Part shown: positions 1 through 8,761 of the stretch, piece by piece | Layout of the letters: each line of letters starts with the position of its first letter | How positions within the stretch are numbered: the first letter of the stretch is position 1 | Virus record (IMG/VR): IMGVR_UViG_3300014613_000458 | Span: 1-25,158 of that record | Reading direction: 5' to 3' (one strand) | Source: a virus | Lineage: Duplodnaviria; Caudoviricetes | DNA: 25,158 bases | Notes under the pieces: model-generated | What the model was told of the DNA's origin: nothing | What the model saw: the letters and a program-made list of their open reading frames with translations, nothing else | Databases searched by the model: none | Translations under genes and position numbers: made by a program

Positions 1-17
1 AAATTGAGGGAGGAGAA

Positions 18-116
18 ATGATTGAGATAGGGGAGAACCTTACTGAAGTTATCGTGTTTGGGATATTTTTAGTTACTTTTGTGGCTATGATGTGGATTAT
101 TAAAAGGGGGAAGTAA
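18..116 (+). CDS. small membrane protein, 32 aa (MIEIGENLTEVIVFGIFLVTFVAMMWIIKRGK)
   Basis: Hand-translated; not in the ORF track. Strong SD (GAGGGAGGAG) before ATG 18, one hydrophobic helix with a basic tail, TAATG coupling to the next ORF. Confidence 0.7.
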   Translation: MIEIGENLTEVIVFGIFLVTFVAMMWIIKRGK

Positions 117-229
117 TGGATAAAGAACCTAAATGGGCAAAAACCAAACTCATCTTGTATTTCCCTATTCATAAAAGGATATGGCGATTGTTAATGTTAA
201 TTATAAAAGGTTGGTGTTATTGGGATTGA
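116..229 (+). CDS. hypothetical protein, 37 aa (MDKEPKWAKTKLILYFPIHKRIWRLLMLIIKGWCYWD)
   Basis: Hand-translated; starts in a TAATG overlap and ends overlapping the convergent minus-strand ORF by 13 nt. Confidence 0.55.
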   Translation: MDKEPKWAKTKLILYFPIHKRIWRLLMLIIKGWCYWD

Positions 230-513
230 GTTCTTTTTATACCAATGAGGTCGTCACACATTAAAAGATACTGGTCATCGGTCATCGCCTCACACAACCG
301 GATGAACTCACCTAATGTTATCCCGGCAGGTTGAGGGACAATCTCTCTCCGAGGACTCAGACCTAAATGGAACTTCGGTAGTAACTCCGCTAACTCACCC
401 TCCGCTATCACGAACTTTCTCTGAGGGCTGGATGCGGAAAACCTGACCTCCACTCCACATAACAGAGCTTCTATAACTTTCATACACCTGATTGATAAAG
501 ATAAGTTGTCCAT
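217..513 (-). CDS. hypothetical protein, 98 aa; last gene of the late operon
   Basis: ORF track; TAATG coupling with the upstream ORF at 513. Confidence 0.7.
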   Translation of the reverse strand: MDNLSLSIRCMKVIEALLCGVEVRFSASSPQRKFVIAEGELAELLPKFHLGLSPRREIVPQPAGITLGEFIRLCEAMTDDQYLLMCDDLIGIKRTQSQ

Positions 514-776
514 TAGTATACACCAATAAGGTGTAACACTACCGATGTTATCGCCATGATAGCTAATCCTATCCCTCTGCTAATCCACCGTTGAATGGCA
601 AGACCCTGTTTATTGTTAGAGACCTGACTGTTGAGTTTTAACAAGTGTGCTATAATAGCATCTTGCTGGCGGGTATTGGCTTGAGCGTTTTCCTCAATGC
701 TACGTTTTAGCCACTTGATATCGTTGGCAGCTTCCGTTGTCACTACCAATAATTCATGCAGGTCTTTTTCATCCAT
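513..776 (-). CDS. coiled-coil protein with C-terminal transmembrane helix (XhlA/holin-accessory-like), 87 aa
   Basis: Heptad-like N-terminal two-thirds followed by GIGLAIMAITSVVLHLIGVY; located in the lysis position. Confidence 0.6.
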   Translation of the reverse strand: MDEKDLHELLVVTTEAANDIKWLKRSIEENAQANTRQQDAIIAHLLKLNSQVSNNKQGLAIQRWISRGIGLAIMAITSVVLHLIGVY

Positions 777-808
777 TATCTAGCCTTTCTTGTCCACGTA
801 GGGGCGTG

Positions 809-846
809 TTACCTATTCCGGGTATCCTCTTACCCACATTGGGTAT
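809..846. promoter_or_regulatory. tandem palindromic operator-like sites TTACC-N6-GGGTAT x2
   Basis: TTACCTATTCCGGGTAT (809-825) and TTACCCACATTGGGTAT (830-846); 21-bp period; intergenic. Confidence 0.4.
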
Positions 847-875
847 TAAACTCTGTCAGATTTCGATGCTCACGC

Positions 876-1046
876 CTATTTCGTTAATGCTGTTTTGGTT
901 ATTAGCCGCAACGCAACGACAAAGGCTCCAGCAATAGCTTGAGAGATTGATGTCCCTGCTGGTAGTCCCGCAAAATATTCAGCAACACCCAAACTTACCA
1001 TCACTACACCCGCCCATAATAACTTGCTTGTATACCAGGGTTTCAT
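876..1046 (-). CDS. putative holin, 56 aa (MKPWYTSKLLWAGVVMVSLGVAEYFAGLPAGTSISQAIAGAFVVALRLITKTALTK)
   Basis: Hand-translated; not in the ORF track. SD GGGGAG, two hydrophobic segments, KPWYxSKxxW start and LRxxT end typical of small two-TM phage holins. Confidence 0.75.
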   Translation of the reverse strand: MKPWYTSKLLWAGVVMVSLGVAEYFAGLPAGTSISQAIAGAFVVALRLITKTALTK

Positions 1047-1055
1047 ATTACTCCC

Positions 1056-1601
1056 CTAAAATATTATACCACCAATCAACCATTTTATTTGAGAGTCCCT
1101 GACAGGCCAAGGGTCGGGAGAAGCATTTGAAATCGGATTGTCCCCTTGGAATATCCAGTTCCTACCATGAGAGTCTAAGTCAACTCTTATCAATCGGTGA
1201 ATGACCAGCCCTCCGTTGTGTGCATAAACACAGATATTCATAAACTTCTTGTCACACTCGTTCTCTAACCAGTCTAGCATAATCTTGTGGTTCTCGGTAT
1301 CTTTTGGAGAAACGCAAATCCCGATATGTTCCGAATCCATAGTCCCATCCATTGACCCAGTATCGGCTATCGCACAGGCAAACAAGTCGGGTTGATTGGT
1401 AAAGGGAATTGAAAGGATGTTACTTAACACCATTCCCCCATCCTCTGCTTTCAGGGAGCCTCTTAGAAATATATCAGAGCATGACGGGAGTTCATTCCAC
1501 GCCATATCCTGTATGGGAAGTTTCCTCACATCGGGAACAGGTATTATAATACTATCCCGCCACTTATTGATGAGTTCTATTATCGCTTTATAAATTCCCA
1601 T
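1056..1601 (-). CDS. S26-family (signal peptidase I, Ser-His type) protease-like protein, 181 aa
   Basis: Motifs in order: DTGSM (catalytic Ser box), VIHRL (His box), QGDN, PDPWPV...I. No TM anchor. Start reassigned to 1601 because of TAATG coupling. Confidence 0.75.
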   Translation of the reverse strand: MGIYKAIIELINKWRDSIIIPVPDVRKLPIQDMAWNELPSCSDIFLRGSLKAEDGGMVLSNILSIPFTNQPDLFACAIADTGSMDGTMDSEHIGICVSPKDTENHKIMLDWLENECDKKFMNICVYAHNGGLVIHRLIRVDLDSHGRNWIFQGDNPISNASPDPWPVRDSQIKWLIGGIIF

Positions 1602-2902
1602 TACACTACCGTCCATGTACCAACGGCACTTAGAGCAATCCAGTCTCCATTGCCATCTGCAATTAACTCAACAGATTCCGGTATACCGTTGGCTGAGATA
1701 TAAGAGTCATCTCCTTGTTTCCCACCGTTAATATATATCCCTCCCGCAGCGCCAGGGTCTACCCGTAACTCTTGATTAGCCATCACCCCAAACTTAAAGG
1801 TACATCCTGCTCGAGCGTCCTGTGGTAGCGTTAGTGTAATTGCACCACCCGCACCTAGATTTGTGTGGATTGATCCAGACTCATACTTAGTTAAAGTGTC
1901 ACTAGTGGTATGATGTTCGATGTTGCGTGCCATCGTTCCTGGAGTGTTGACTACATTGGTTGTTACTCCCGAACTGTCCGTCCACCCTGCAGTATCTATT
2001 AATGCAGTCCCGTTGATTACGTTCCCTGTCGCGCCAGATTGTATCAGTATACCGCTGTCAGCAGGGCAACCTGCGATTTCCAACAACTCATAGATGTCGT
2101 TGTCCCCGAAGATTTCGACACCTGCTGTTGCTCCCGCAGCAGCCCTGCCGACATGATAAGTGTTCCCTTTAATCCCAGTGGCTCCAGAACTTCCTACCTT
2201 CAAGTGTATACCACTGGTAGCCGATATACCAATACTCATCTTATTGCTTCTGTAAGCGTTAGCCCCACTAGAAGCAATGTGAACATTGTACTCACAGGCA
2301 GCCACATCATTGACTTCTATGATATTATGGTGAATCTGCCCCGCTCCCGGGGTGAACAACAGCCCTGTGCTTCCGACATTATACGCACCTGATTTATTGT
2401 AGATACCCGATAACAATATCCGATTACTCCACACGCCTACTTGCGCATCAATAGGGGCATTGTTGACTGGCTTGAACTCAATAAATGTATCAGTTATACC
2501 ATTAGTTGTATTACCAGAACCTACAACATGAAGATATACCCATGAGTCCAGGATTGAGTCGAATCTTATCCCCGCATGATCTCCCGCAACTATAAAAGTT
2601 GTTCCCCTGGCATCTATTACATAGTTTTGGAGTACCGGAATATCCAATAATGCACCAAGATAGAAAATACCTGGCCCCCACCTGAGAGATTTATTATAAT
2701 TACCAGCGTCATTGATAGAAGCAAGTAATTCGACTTCATCGTTTCTCCCAGAACAAACCTTGTAAGCCTGCATTCTTACATCAAGGGGCGCATCATAAGC
2801 CGCAACCACAAGGTCAGGTGCGCCTTTAAGTATAGTGTGAGTGTGTACCGTATTGGACTTGAATTGCTCGTCGTAAACTTTCTGTTGTGCTACTAATGTC
2901 AT
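1601..2902 (-). CDS. tailspike-like right-handed beta-helix protein, 433 aa
   Basis: N-terminal VVAAYDA...VCSGRNDEVELLASIN motif typical of pectate-lyase-like helices; Asn/Gly/Ile-rich repeats; C-terminal TNLGAGGAITLTLP domain. True start MTLVAQ at 2902 (GGAGG SD, ATGA overlap), not 3007. Confidence 0.65.
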   Translation of the reverse strand: MTLVAQQKVYDEQFKSNTVHTHTILKGAPDLVVAAYDAPLDVRMQAYKVCSGRNDEVELLASINDAGNYNKSLRWGPGIFYLGALLDIPVLQNYVIDARGTTFIVAGDHAGIRFDSILDSWVYLHVVGSGNTTNGITDTFIEFKPVNNAPIDAQVGVWSNRILLSGIYNKSGAYNVGSTGLLFTPGAGQIHHNIIEVNDVAACEYNVHIASSGANAYRSNKMSIGISATSGIHLKVGSSGATGIKGNTYHVGRAAAGATAGVEIFGDNDIYELLEIAGCPADSGILIQSGATGNVINGTALIDTAGWTDSSGVTTNVVNTPGTMARNIEHHTTSDTLTKYESGSIHTNLGAGGAITLTLPQDARAGCTFKFGVMANQELRVDPGAAGGIYINGGKQGDDSYISANGIPESVELIADGNGDWIALSAVGTWTVV

Positions 2903-5196
2903 ACAACAACCTCCTGCCATCGTATCCTTAATCCTAAACGTGGAGGTAGATTTTTCTCCTGGATAACTTCTACTTCTTGAGGATAACCTGGCTGTAGTAT
3001 AACCCACGCATAATCCGTTCCTGCCGTCCCAGCCGTATACTCACCATAGCGTAAGTCTGCGAATTTTACGAGACTGGTAGACGTTCTTGCAGTTCGGAGG
3101 TTGCTCCTGAAGGTTTTGGCTTTACGTTGTGGCATATCTCCAATATCATACACCGCCTCATGCACACGAATAACTTCCGGTTTCTCTATCCCTCTTGCTT
3201 GAAAGAATAGAACCTCTGGAGTAGTGGTACTGTCTGTTGTTGCCAGGTGTAATTCAAATTGTATCCTGTTGCTACTTAACACTGAGGTTAGTGATGTCTT
3301 AACAATCCCATTAGTCGTGATAGCAGATGTTAAATTCGTAGCAATAGTATCAACATCCTTCCGGTATTTAGGGGTTACAGTCTCGTTAGCTGAACAACCT
3401 ACCGTTTCTGTAATTATTGTCTGGAAGAGTTTATCCCAGTACGGGTTCGACCCGTAAGTGTAACTCATCCTGAGAAATCCACTTGAAGCGAATAATGCAC
3501 TATTGTCAGCAGTAGGGTTGTCTGTCAGTTGAACATATCCCGTATGTGTACTATAGGCAAACCATAATCTTCGGTCAGCAGCAGAATGGGATACTGTCCC
3601 GATTACTTTACCCCCATTTGTACCAAGATAAATAAAGGGACACCAACTCCAACGGAGTTGACTGTTACTATCTCGGTATTCATGCCCTTTATAAATATGT
3701 ATAACTGACCATTCTCTAACAGCTACATATAACCAGTCTCGGTCTGCTGCTATCCCAACAATATCCCCTACCTTGTTGATGTCCTCAACATCAACAAGAG
3801 GCCCCATTGCTTTCGTTGTGTTATAGGCTGATAATTCACCCATCTGCTTTGCCAGAGAATAGTAGGCAGACGACTGGAAATTAGCAACATACTCAAAGTT
3901 TGCCGATGATTTGTTCTTTTTCAGGTCAGACATTTGAGGATGAACTCCGCCATCAGAACTGTATCTGTAAAGTTCATCAGTTTTCCCAACGAAAAGTTGG
4001 TCATTGTGAAGAAATAAGTTAGTTGCATTAGTGGATGTATCCCCAATATAAGTAACACTGCTCCATTGAGAACCCCCTCCTGCTACAGTTCTTCCGTCTG
4101 TAGTATAGGAAAGTTCGTTAGGTGTTTTAACCTTCCATAGAACATCTTGGGTTCCTGACGGGTTGGGTGCTACCAGGAATTTGTTGGCATAACCAGCAGT
4201 AAGGTCTGTAACCGTCCAGGTTATTCCATCAGAGGAATAGTAATATAAACTACTTGCTCCCAAAGCAGCATAGATAATCCCGTTATACTCGATAAGGTCT
4301 GTGACACCAGCCACATCTGTAGTAGCTGCTATCCATCCTATGCCATTATAATAATAAATCTTGGAGATGCAAGCGGTTAAGTACACGCCTGCGGTTGTGG
4401 CATATAGAAATACGGATGGTGCTGAGTCTAATTCAGTTGCCCCAACTGCCCACTCTTCAAATAAAAAATCTCTTGTAGCTATAGTAGTCCAGTTTGCCCC
4501 AGCATCGCTACTGGTATAATATTGACCTCCTGTATAAGTAGGAGATGTAGCGTCTGCTCTCCATATAAGAGAGGTTTGCGTAGCATTAGAACTAGTCCTT
4601 ACTACTAGGGCATAAACCGTCCCGGATGTGAGACTTAAACTTCCGTGAATAGGAATAGTTACCCATGCCTTAGTTGTAGATAGGGTGTTTCCATCAATAG
4701 TACCTATAGCCAAATCATCGCCTGTTGGAAACCCTGAAGCAGTTGCTCGTATACCAACCCGTATAAATCCAGGATACATATTTACAGTTCTTGCTAGATA
4801 TAGTTTTACTCCCGCTATTACATGCGTTGAAGCAGGGGTAAACGTCTGAGCTTTATAAACACCGCCACCAAAAGAAACATCGGAATCATCACCTGTAATA
4901 TAATATTGCTTTCTGGCTGCTCCGGCCTCGACTTCTGTAATCTTAGGGCCGAGAAAGACCTTACCCTCTTGTGTCGTATCAATGCTCTGACCCTCAAAAT
5001 ACATACTGGGGTCTGCTGTAGTGTGTTGCCCGTGACCACCACGCCAGTCCATTTGAGAGAATAACATTGGATTCTGATATTGAGGAATGTCCTCCGCAAC
5101 AGAGTACATCGCTCTGCCTTCTTCATCTCGAAGTAAGTTTAATCCGTATGTGTCGCTGCCAACTACAATCTCATGGTCGTGGGTTCTTTTGGGCAT
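2899..5196 (-). CDS. tail nozzle/hub-like protein (P22 gp10 / T7 gp12 analogue; beta-propeller), 765 aa
   Basis: Size, position after the adaptor-like gene, Asp-box-like motifs (SSDAGANWT, SSDGITWT) and beta-rich blades. Start MPKRTH at 5196 by TAATG coupling. Confidence 0.6.
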   Translation of the reverse strand: MPKRTHDHEIVVGSDTYGLNLLRDEEGRAMYSVAEDIPQYQNPMLFSQMDWRGGHGQHTTADPSMYFEGQSIDTTQEGKVFLGPKITEVEAGAARKQYYITGDDSDVSFGGGVYKAQTFTPASTHVIAGVKLYLARTVNMYPGFIRVGIRATASGFPTGDDLAIGTIDGNTLSTTKAWVTIPIHGSLSLTSGTVYALVVRTSSNATQTSLIWRADATSPTYTGGQYYTSSDAGANWTTIATRDFLFEEWAVGATELDSAPSVFLYATTAGVYLTACISKIYYYNGIGWIAATTDVAGVTDLIEYNGIIYAALGASSLYYYSSDGITWTVTDLTAGYANKFLVAPNPSGTQDVLWKVKTPNELSYTTDGRTVAGGGSQWSSVTYIGDTSTNATNLFLHNDQLFVGKTDELYRYSSDGGVHPQMSDLKKNKSSANFEYVANFQSSAYYSLAKQMGELSAYNTTKAMGPLVDVEDINKVGDIVGIAADRDWLYVAVREWSVIHIYKGHEYRDSNSQLRWSWCPFIYLGTNGGKVIGTVSHSAADRRLWFAYSTHTGYVQLTDNPTADNSALFASSGFLRMSYTYGSNPYWDKLFQTIITETVGCSANETVTPKYRKDVDTIATNLTSAITTNGIVKTSLTSVLSSNRIQFELHLATTDSTTTPEVLFFQARGIEKPEVIRVHEAVYDIGDMPQRKAKTFRSNLRTARTSTSLVKFADLRYGEYTAGTAGTDYAWVILQPGYPQEVEVIQEKNLPPRLGLRIRWQEVVV

Positions 5197-6491
5197 TAGA
5201 TACTCCACCGCTTTGTTACAGGAGGCAATGACATACCAAATTTAACTTGAGCATTTTTTAGTTCGTTCATCCAGTACGCTAACCCTGTAGTGAAATCCTG
5301 AGAAGAACCAGGGGATGCCTGTGGTAATATCGCTTGGCGGAAGAGATAAATAATAGCCTCTGCCACTAGAATGTCGGTCTGAGGTGAATCTATGCTGATA
5401 GTATCCGTCCAGTCTGTGCCTGAATCCCCACTGGTATCCAGGAAGTCGAGATAGTCTTCCCCCTCTATTTTTAAAAACCAGTCCATCATAGTAGTTGGAA
5501 GATGAAGGTATTTGTCATTATCCGTCCAGAAATTATGAAACCCGTCCCATCGGTCATTATGAATAGAACTTTGAGATGTTTGCGATACAGCAGATGGTTC
5601 ATTCTCTCTAATGTTCAGATAGCCTATGTATATCTTTTCTTGCGTGCCTGAGATTACTCGAACATCCTCGATATAACTTGTGCCTGCATCCAGGTCATGG
5701 TCAATCTCAAAAGTAACCTCCGTAGGTTCGGCAGCTAATGTAACCTCTACTTTCAGCAAGTTCCTGTTAACATCATCCCATGAACTATCCCCATCGTGGT
5801 ATTCGGAATAGGTTGAGGTAGTGCCATCGTATACTTTAAGTCTTAAACAGGAAGCGGTGTCGCACCAACCCCTAGCTTGAAACCTTACTGCATTACCTGC
5901 TAATTGATTTAATAAGGCATTATTGGTGTTTGTTTGTTTCAGACTACCAGCAGCCGTACTTAGTTTAAGACTTCTATCCCCGTACAAGTAATACGGAGCG
6001 GTAGTATTCTTGGCGGCTGTTACGTCAGTTCTCGTCCAGTCATCAGGCCCCGTAGCTAGAGTCCACTTGTAGAAATTGCCTGCGTTCTTTAGCCAATCTC
6101 CAGCACGAAAAGCCGTATATCTTCGTTTCTTGTGTATATACGGAAACCCATGCCGAGCAGCATAGACAAGGGCAGTCCTCTTTTCTGAGGCAGTCCATAA
6201 TCTATGCACTTCATACGTGACCGCAGAAACAATCTGACCACCATGTGCTAATGTAGTAAGTGTGCCTGTGGTATTAGCTAGAGAGGAAATAGAACGCTCT
6301 TCCTCGTCATATGTTCCTGAAGTTACACGGTCATAAGCAACATCGGTAATCCAATCGTTTTCCTTTGCTTTCAGACCAGTATCTACAATAGTTGTTCCAC
6401 CAGCAGCACCATCTGATGTGGCAGTTCCAGTATAGTAATCTCCAATCTGCTTTGATAATTCAACCATGCAGTTTTCGAGTGTAGTCGTCAT
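5196..6491 (-). CDS. head-tail adaptor-like protein with an internal beta-sandwich domain, 431 aa
   Basis: Helical N-terminus (TLENCMVELSKQIGD) and C-terminus (ILVAEAIIYLFRQ...YWMNELKNA) as in gp4/gp11-type adaptors; central CBM-like segment. Confidence 0.55.
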   Translation of the reverse strand: MTTTLENCMVELSKQIGDYYTGTATSDGAAGGTTIVDTGLKAKENDWITDVAYDRVTSGTYDEEERSISSLANTTGTLTTLAHGGQIVSAVTYEVHRLWTASEKRTALVYAARHGFPYIHKKRRYTAFRAGDWLKNAGNFYKWTLATGPDDWTRTDVTAAKNTTAPYYLYGDRSLKLSTAAGSLKQTNTNNALLNQLAGNAVRFQARGWCDTASCLRLKVYDGTTSTYSEYHDGDSSWDDVNRNLLKVEVTLAAEPTEVTFEIDHDLDAGTSYIEDVRVISGTQEKIYIGYLNIRENEPSAVSQTSQSSIHNDRWDGFHNFWTDNDKYLHLPTTMMDWFLKIEGEDYLDFLDTSGDSGTDWTDTISIDSPQTDILVAEAIIYLFRQAILPQASPGSSQDFTTGLAYWMNELKNAQVKFGMSLPPVTKRWSI

Positions 6492-6500
6492 CAGGTCTCC

Positions 6501-6707
6501 TTATGTTACCAGTTGTTTTACATCTTGCGCTAAACCTTTAAGATTTTGGGCTTCGTCCTTTGCCAAACCTTCAAGAGCAGTAATCTGGCCAGACGTTAAC
6601 GGAACCCCAGACACTTTCCCTGCCTCAAGACAACTTATTACATCAGCTATCCTTATGGCAACTTTCTGACTTTCAATGAGTTTTGATCTGATTATTTCAT
6701 AGTCCAT
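6501..6707 (-). CDS. hypothetical helical protein, 68 aa
   Basis: ORF track. Start uncertain: the good SD upstream points to an out-of-frame GTG at 6735. Confidence 0.6.
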   Translation of the reverse strand: MDYEIIRSKLIESQKVAIRIADVISCLEAGKVSGVPLTSGQITALEGLAKDEAQNLKGLAQDVKQLVT

Positions 6708-6749
6708 CTTCTGCTGGATATCCTATTGTTTTCACTATACGTCTCCTTC

Positions 6750-7097
6750 TTAATTTTTACTCAACAATCCCTTTGCCATTAAGCGGTTAGCCACTTGAGG
6801 AAACTCAGCGATTATTACATCAACTAATTCGTCAATCCTTGCCCTTGTCTGGTAGATACCGCCAGCCAGTAGTCTGACCATTGGTTGTATCTTCATCATG
6901 TATCCAGAACCAGTGTCTTTGCGACTTAACACGCCAATGTCCGCTAATAGTTCTCTATTGTTCTGCTGGATACCTTGTCTTTCATGGATTGCCTGTATCA
7001 ACTCATTGCGCTGTTGTTCAAGTGTCTGAAATTTTCTGATAAGGTCATTTAGTTCAGTCTGGTATTTTGTTTTTTCTTCCTTTGTATTTATATCCAT
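6750..7097 (-). CDS. coiled-coil protein, possible tail-fibre chaperone-like, 115 aa
   Basis: ORF track; TAATG coupling; N-terminal heptads; the C-terminal half is reminiscent of fibre chaperone tails. Confidence 0.6.
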   Translation of the reverse strand: MDINTKEEKTKYQTELNDLIRKFQTLEQQRNELIQAIHERQGIQQNNRELLADIGVLSRKDTGSGYMMKIQPMVRLLAGGIYQTRARIDELVDVIIAEFPQVANRLMAKGLLSKN

Positions 7098-7321
7098 TAT
7101 TTACTCACTTCCGCCTGTGGCAACACCACATTTTTGACATGGTTTATGATTGCAGACTCTTGAGCTTCAGTCAGTTCTATGCTAATGCCCTTCCGCATCG
7201 AGAACTCTGGATACTCATCAGCCCCAACGGTCAGGTGGGCAGTCTCAGAGACCACAACCTCGTCTTCCTCATCCCTTGTGACTACGATTTGAATGGTTAC
7301 ACCTTTTATTATCTTTGCCAT
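7097..7321 (-). CDS. small fibre-associated hypothetical protein, 74 aa
   Basis: ORF track; SD AAGGAG; follows the fibre gene. Confidence 0.75.
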   Translation of the reverse strand: MAKIIKGVTIQIVVTRDEEDEVVVSETAHLTVGADEYPEFSMRKGISIELTEAQESAIINHVKNVVLPQAEVSK

Positions 7322-7334
7322 TTTTATCTCCTTC

Positions 7335-8750
7335 TTATGCGGCTGCTATAAGCCCATGAGTTATCATTGCATCTCGTAGTGCATCTATAACACCACCCGT
7401 AGTCGCGTCATAAGCCCCTAGTGATACGGCGTCATCTGCCCTTGCGTCAACTACTCTTGCACCAACGACTTGAGTTCCATTGACTTGATAACTAGCAAGT
7501 GCGTTTAGCACACCAGCACCTGTTAGTGTCAGTGGTGTCAGTAATGAACCCGCACTAATCAACCGTATTCTTATATTTGCTGTCTCAGATGTGTCAGTCG
7601 GGTCAGTAATTCGGAAAGCAAAGTCTCCGTATAGAGTATCGTTATTTCCGCTATCCCTTGCGTTTGCAGAGAATTTGAATATCGCATCATTAGCGGCAGG
7701 AGAGGTAGAGATATGATTACCACCTATATTGACTCCACCAGCATCCTCATTAGTTGCTTGGAGGGTTAAAGTCTCACCACCAGTAGTATTTATCTGTGCC
7801 GAACCAGCCCCTGCATTAAACGCTTGCCCAGTGACTGTCATAGCCCCGCCAGCTGTCCAAGCAGGCAATGTCCATGTCCCACTGGCAGTCCATGTTCCTT
7901 TGCCAACTGAAGCATCTAATGTCTTATTGTCCAGTTCCTCACTTCCAGCAAGCGTAGCCAATGTACCTGTGGTTGGTAGGGTAACTCCAGTTGTGTTCGT
8001 TACCGTTAATGTAGTAGCATAATTCCCTGTTATGGTTAGCGTGGAGGCTGTGTTATTAGCTATGCCTGTTCCACCATAGACAGGGTTGATTACTGTAGCT
8101 GTCCACGAACCTGATGTGATTGCCCCAGTATTAGCTGTGATAGCTAATCCATTTATAGTTCCTAGTCCTGTTACATCCTGTGAACCACCAGTAATCGCTC
8201 CACTGAGAGTTGCTGCTCCAATAGTTGGAGTTCCACCAAGTGTGTACGTTCCCAGTATCGTCCCTGAAAATGTCGCCCCCGCTATTGTGCAGACATCGGT
8301 GCCAGCCGTAGTAAATGTGATAAAGGTAGTATCATTAGCTCTTAGAATCAAGGTGTCATTAATAGTAGAACCAGATGCTAGGATTGACCCATTGGTGAAA
8401 GTCATGTTGCCAACGCCTGTCCATGTCTGGTCTCCACCTGCTACTGCCCCTGCCAATGTTAATGCCCCGAATTGCATTGTATCTGTAGCACCACTGGTTA
8501 ATGTAATAAAGGTGGTTCCTGACAGTCCGCCTGCTTTGAAGAGTAATGTATCCCCGTTAGTTGCACCAGCAGCTATAATCGAAGCTGCGGTGAATGTCAT
8601 ATCGCCTACACCTGTAAACGCCTGGTCTCCGCCAGCGATAGCTCCACCTAAAGTCAATGCAGGCATCGTGACTGTCCCTGAAGCAGTCCACGTACCACGC
8701 ATGACAATGTCGTTTAATACTTCTTTCCCGTTAATCCAAATCGTATCCAT
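7335..8750 (-). CDS. Gly/Thr-rich tail fibre / needle protein, 471 aa
   Basis: Internal repeats (GTWTASGT x2, GAxAGGDQxxTGVGxMTF x2). C-terminus SYQVNGTQVVGAR...DALRDAMITHGLI resembles the P22 gp26-type needle tip. Confidence 0.7.
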   Translation of the reverse strand: MDTIWINGKEVLNDIVMRGTWTASGTVTMPALTLGGAIAGGDQAFTGVGDMTFTAASIIAAGATNGDTLLFKAGGLSGTTFITLTSGATDTMQFGALTLAGAVAGGDQTWTGVGNMTFTNGSILASGSTINDTLILRANDTTFITFTTAGTDVCTIAGATFSGTILGTYTLGGTPTIGAATLSGAITGGSQDVTGLGTINGLAITANTGAITSGSWTATVINPVYGGTGIANNTASTLTITGNYATTLTVTNTTGVTLPTTGTLATLAGSEELDNKTLDASVGKGTWTASGTWTLPAWTAGGAMTVTGQAFNAGAGSAQINTTGGETLTLQATNEDAGGVNIGGNHISTSPAANDAIFKFSANARDSGNNDTLYGDFAFRITDPTDTSETANIRIRLISAGSLLTPLTLTGAGVLNALASYQVNGTQVVGARVVDARADDAVSLGAYDATTGGVIDALRDAMITHGLIAAA

Positions 8751-8761
8751 TATTTACTCCT

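Noticed and set aside
846-875. Hammerhead-like words (GAAA, CTGACAGAG) in the lysis spacer
   Set aside because: The core deviates from CUGANGA and the three required stems could not be built.
2903-3007. Extended N-terminus of the tailspike-like ORF
   Set aside because: Overlaps the upstream gene by over 100 nt; the SD and ATGA coupling support 2902.
4818-5126. Same-strand alternative-frame ORFs (also 9463-9693, 19822-20136, 20435-20683)
   Set aside because: Fully nested in longer genes, with no protein-like motifs or evident SD.
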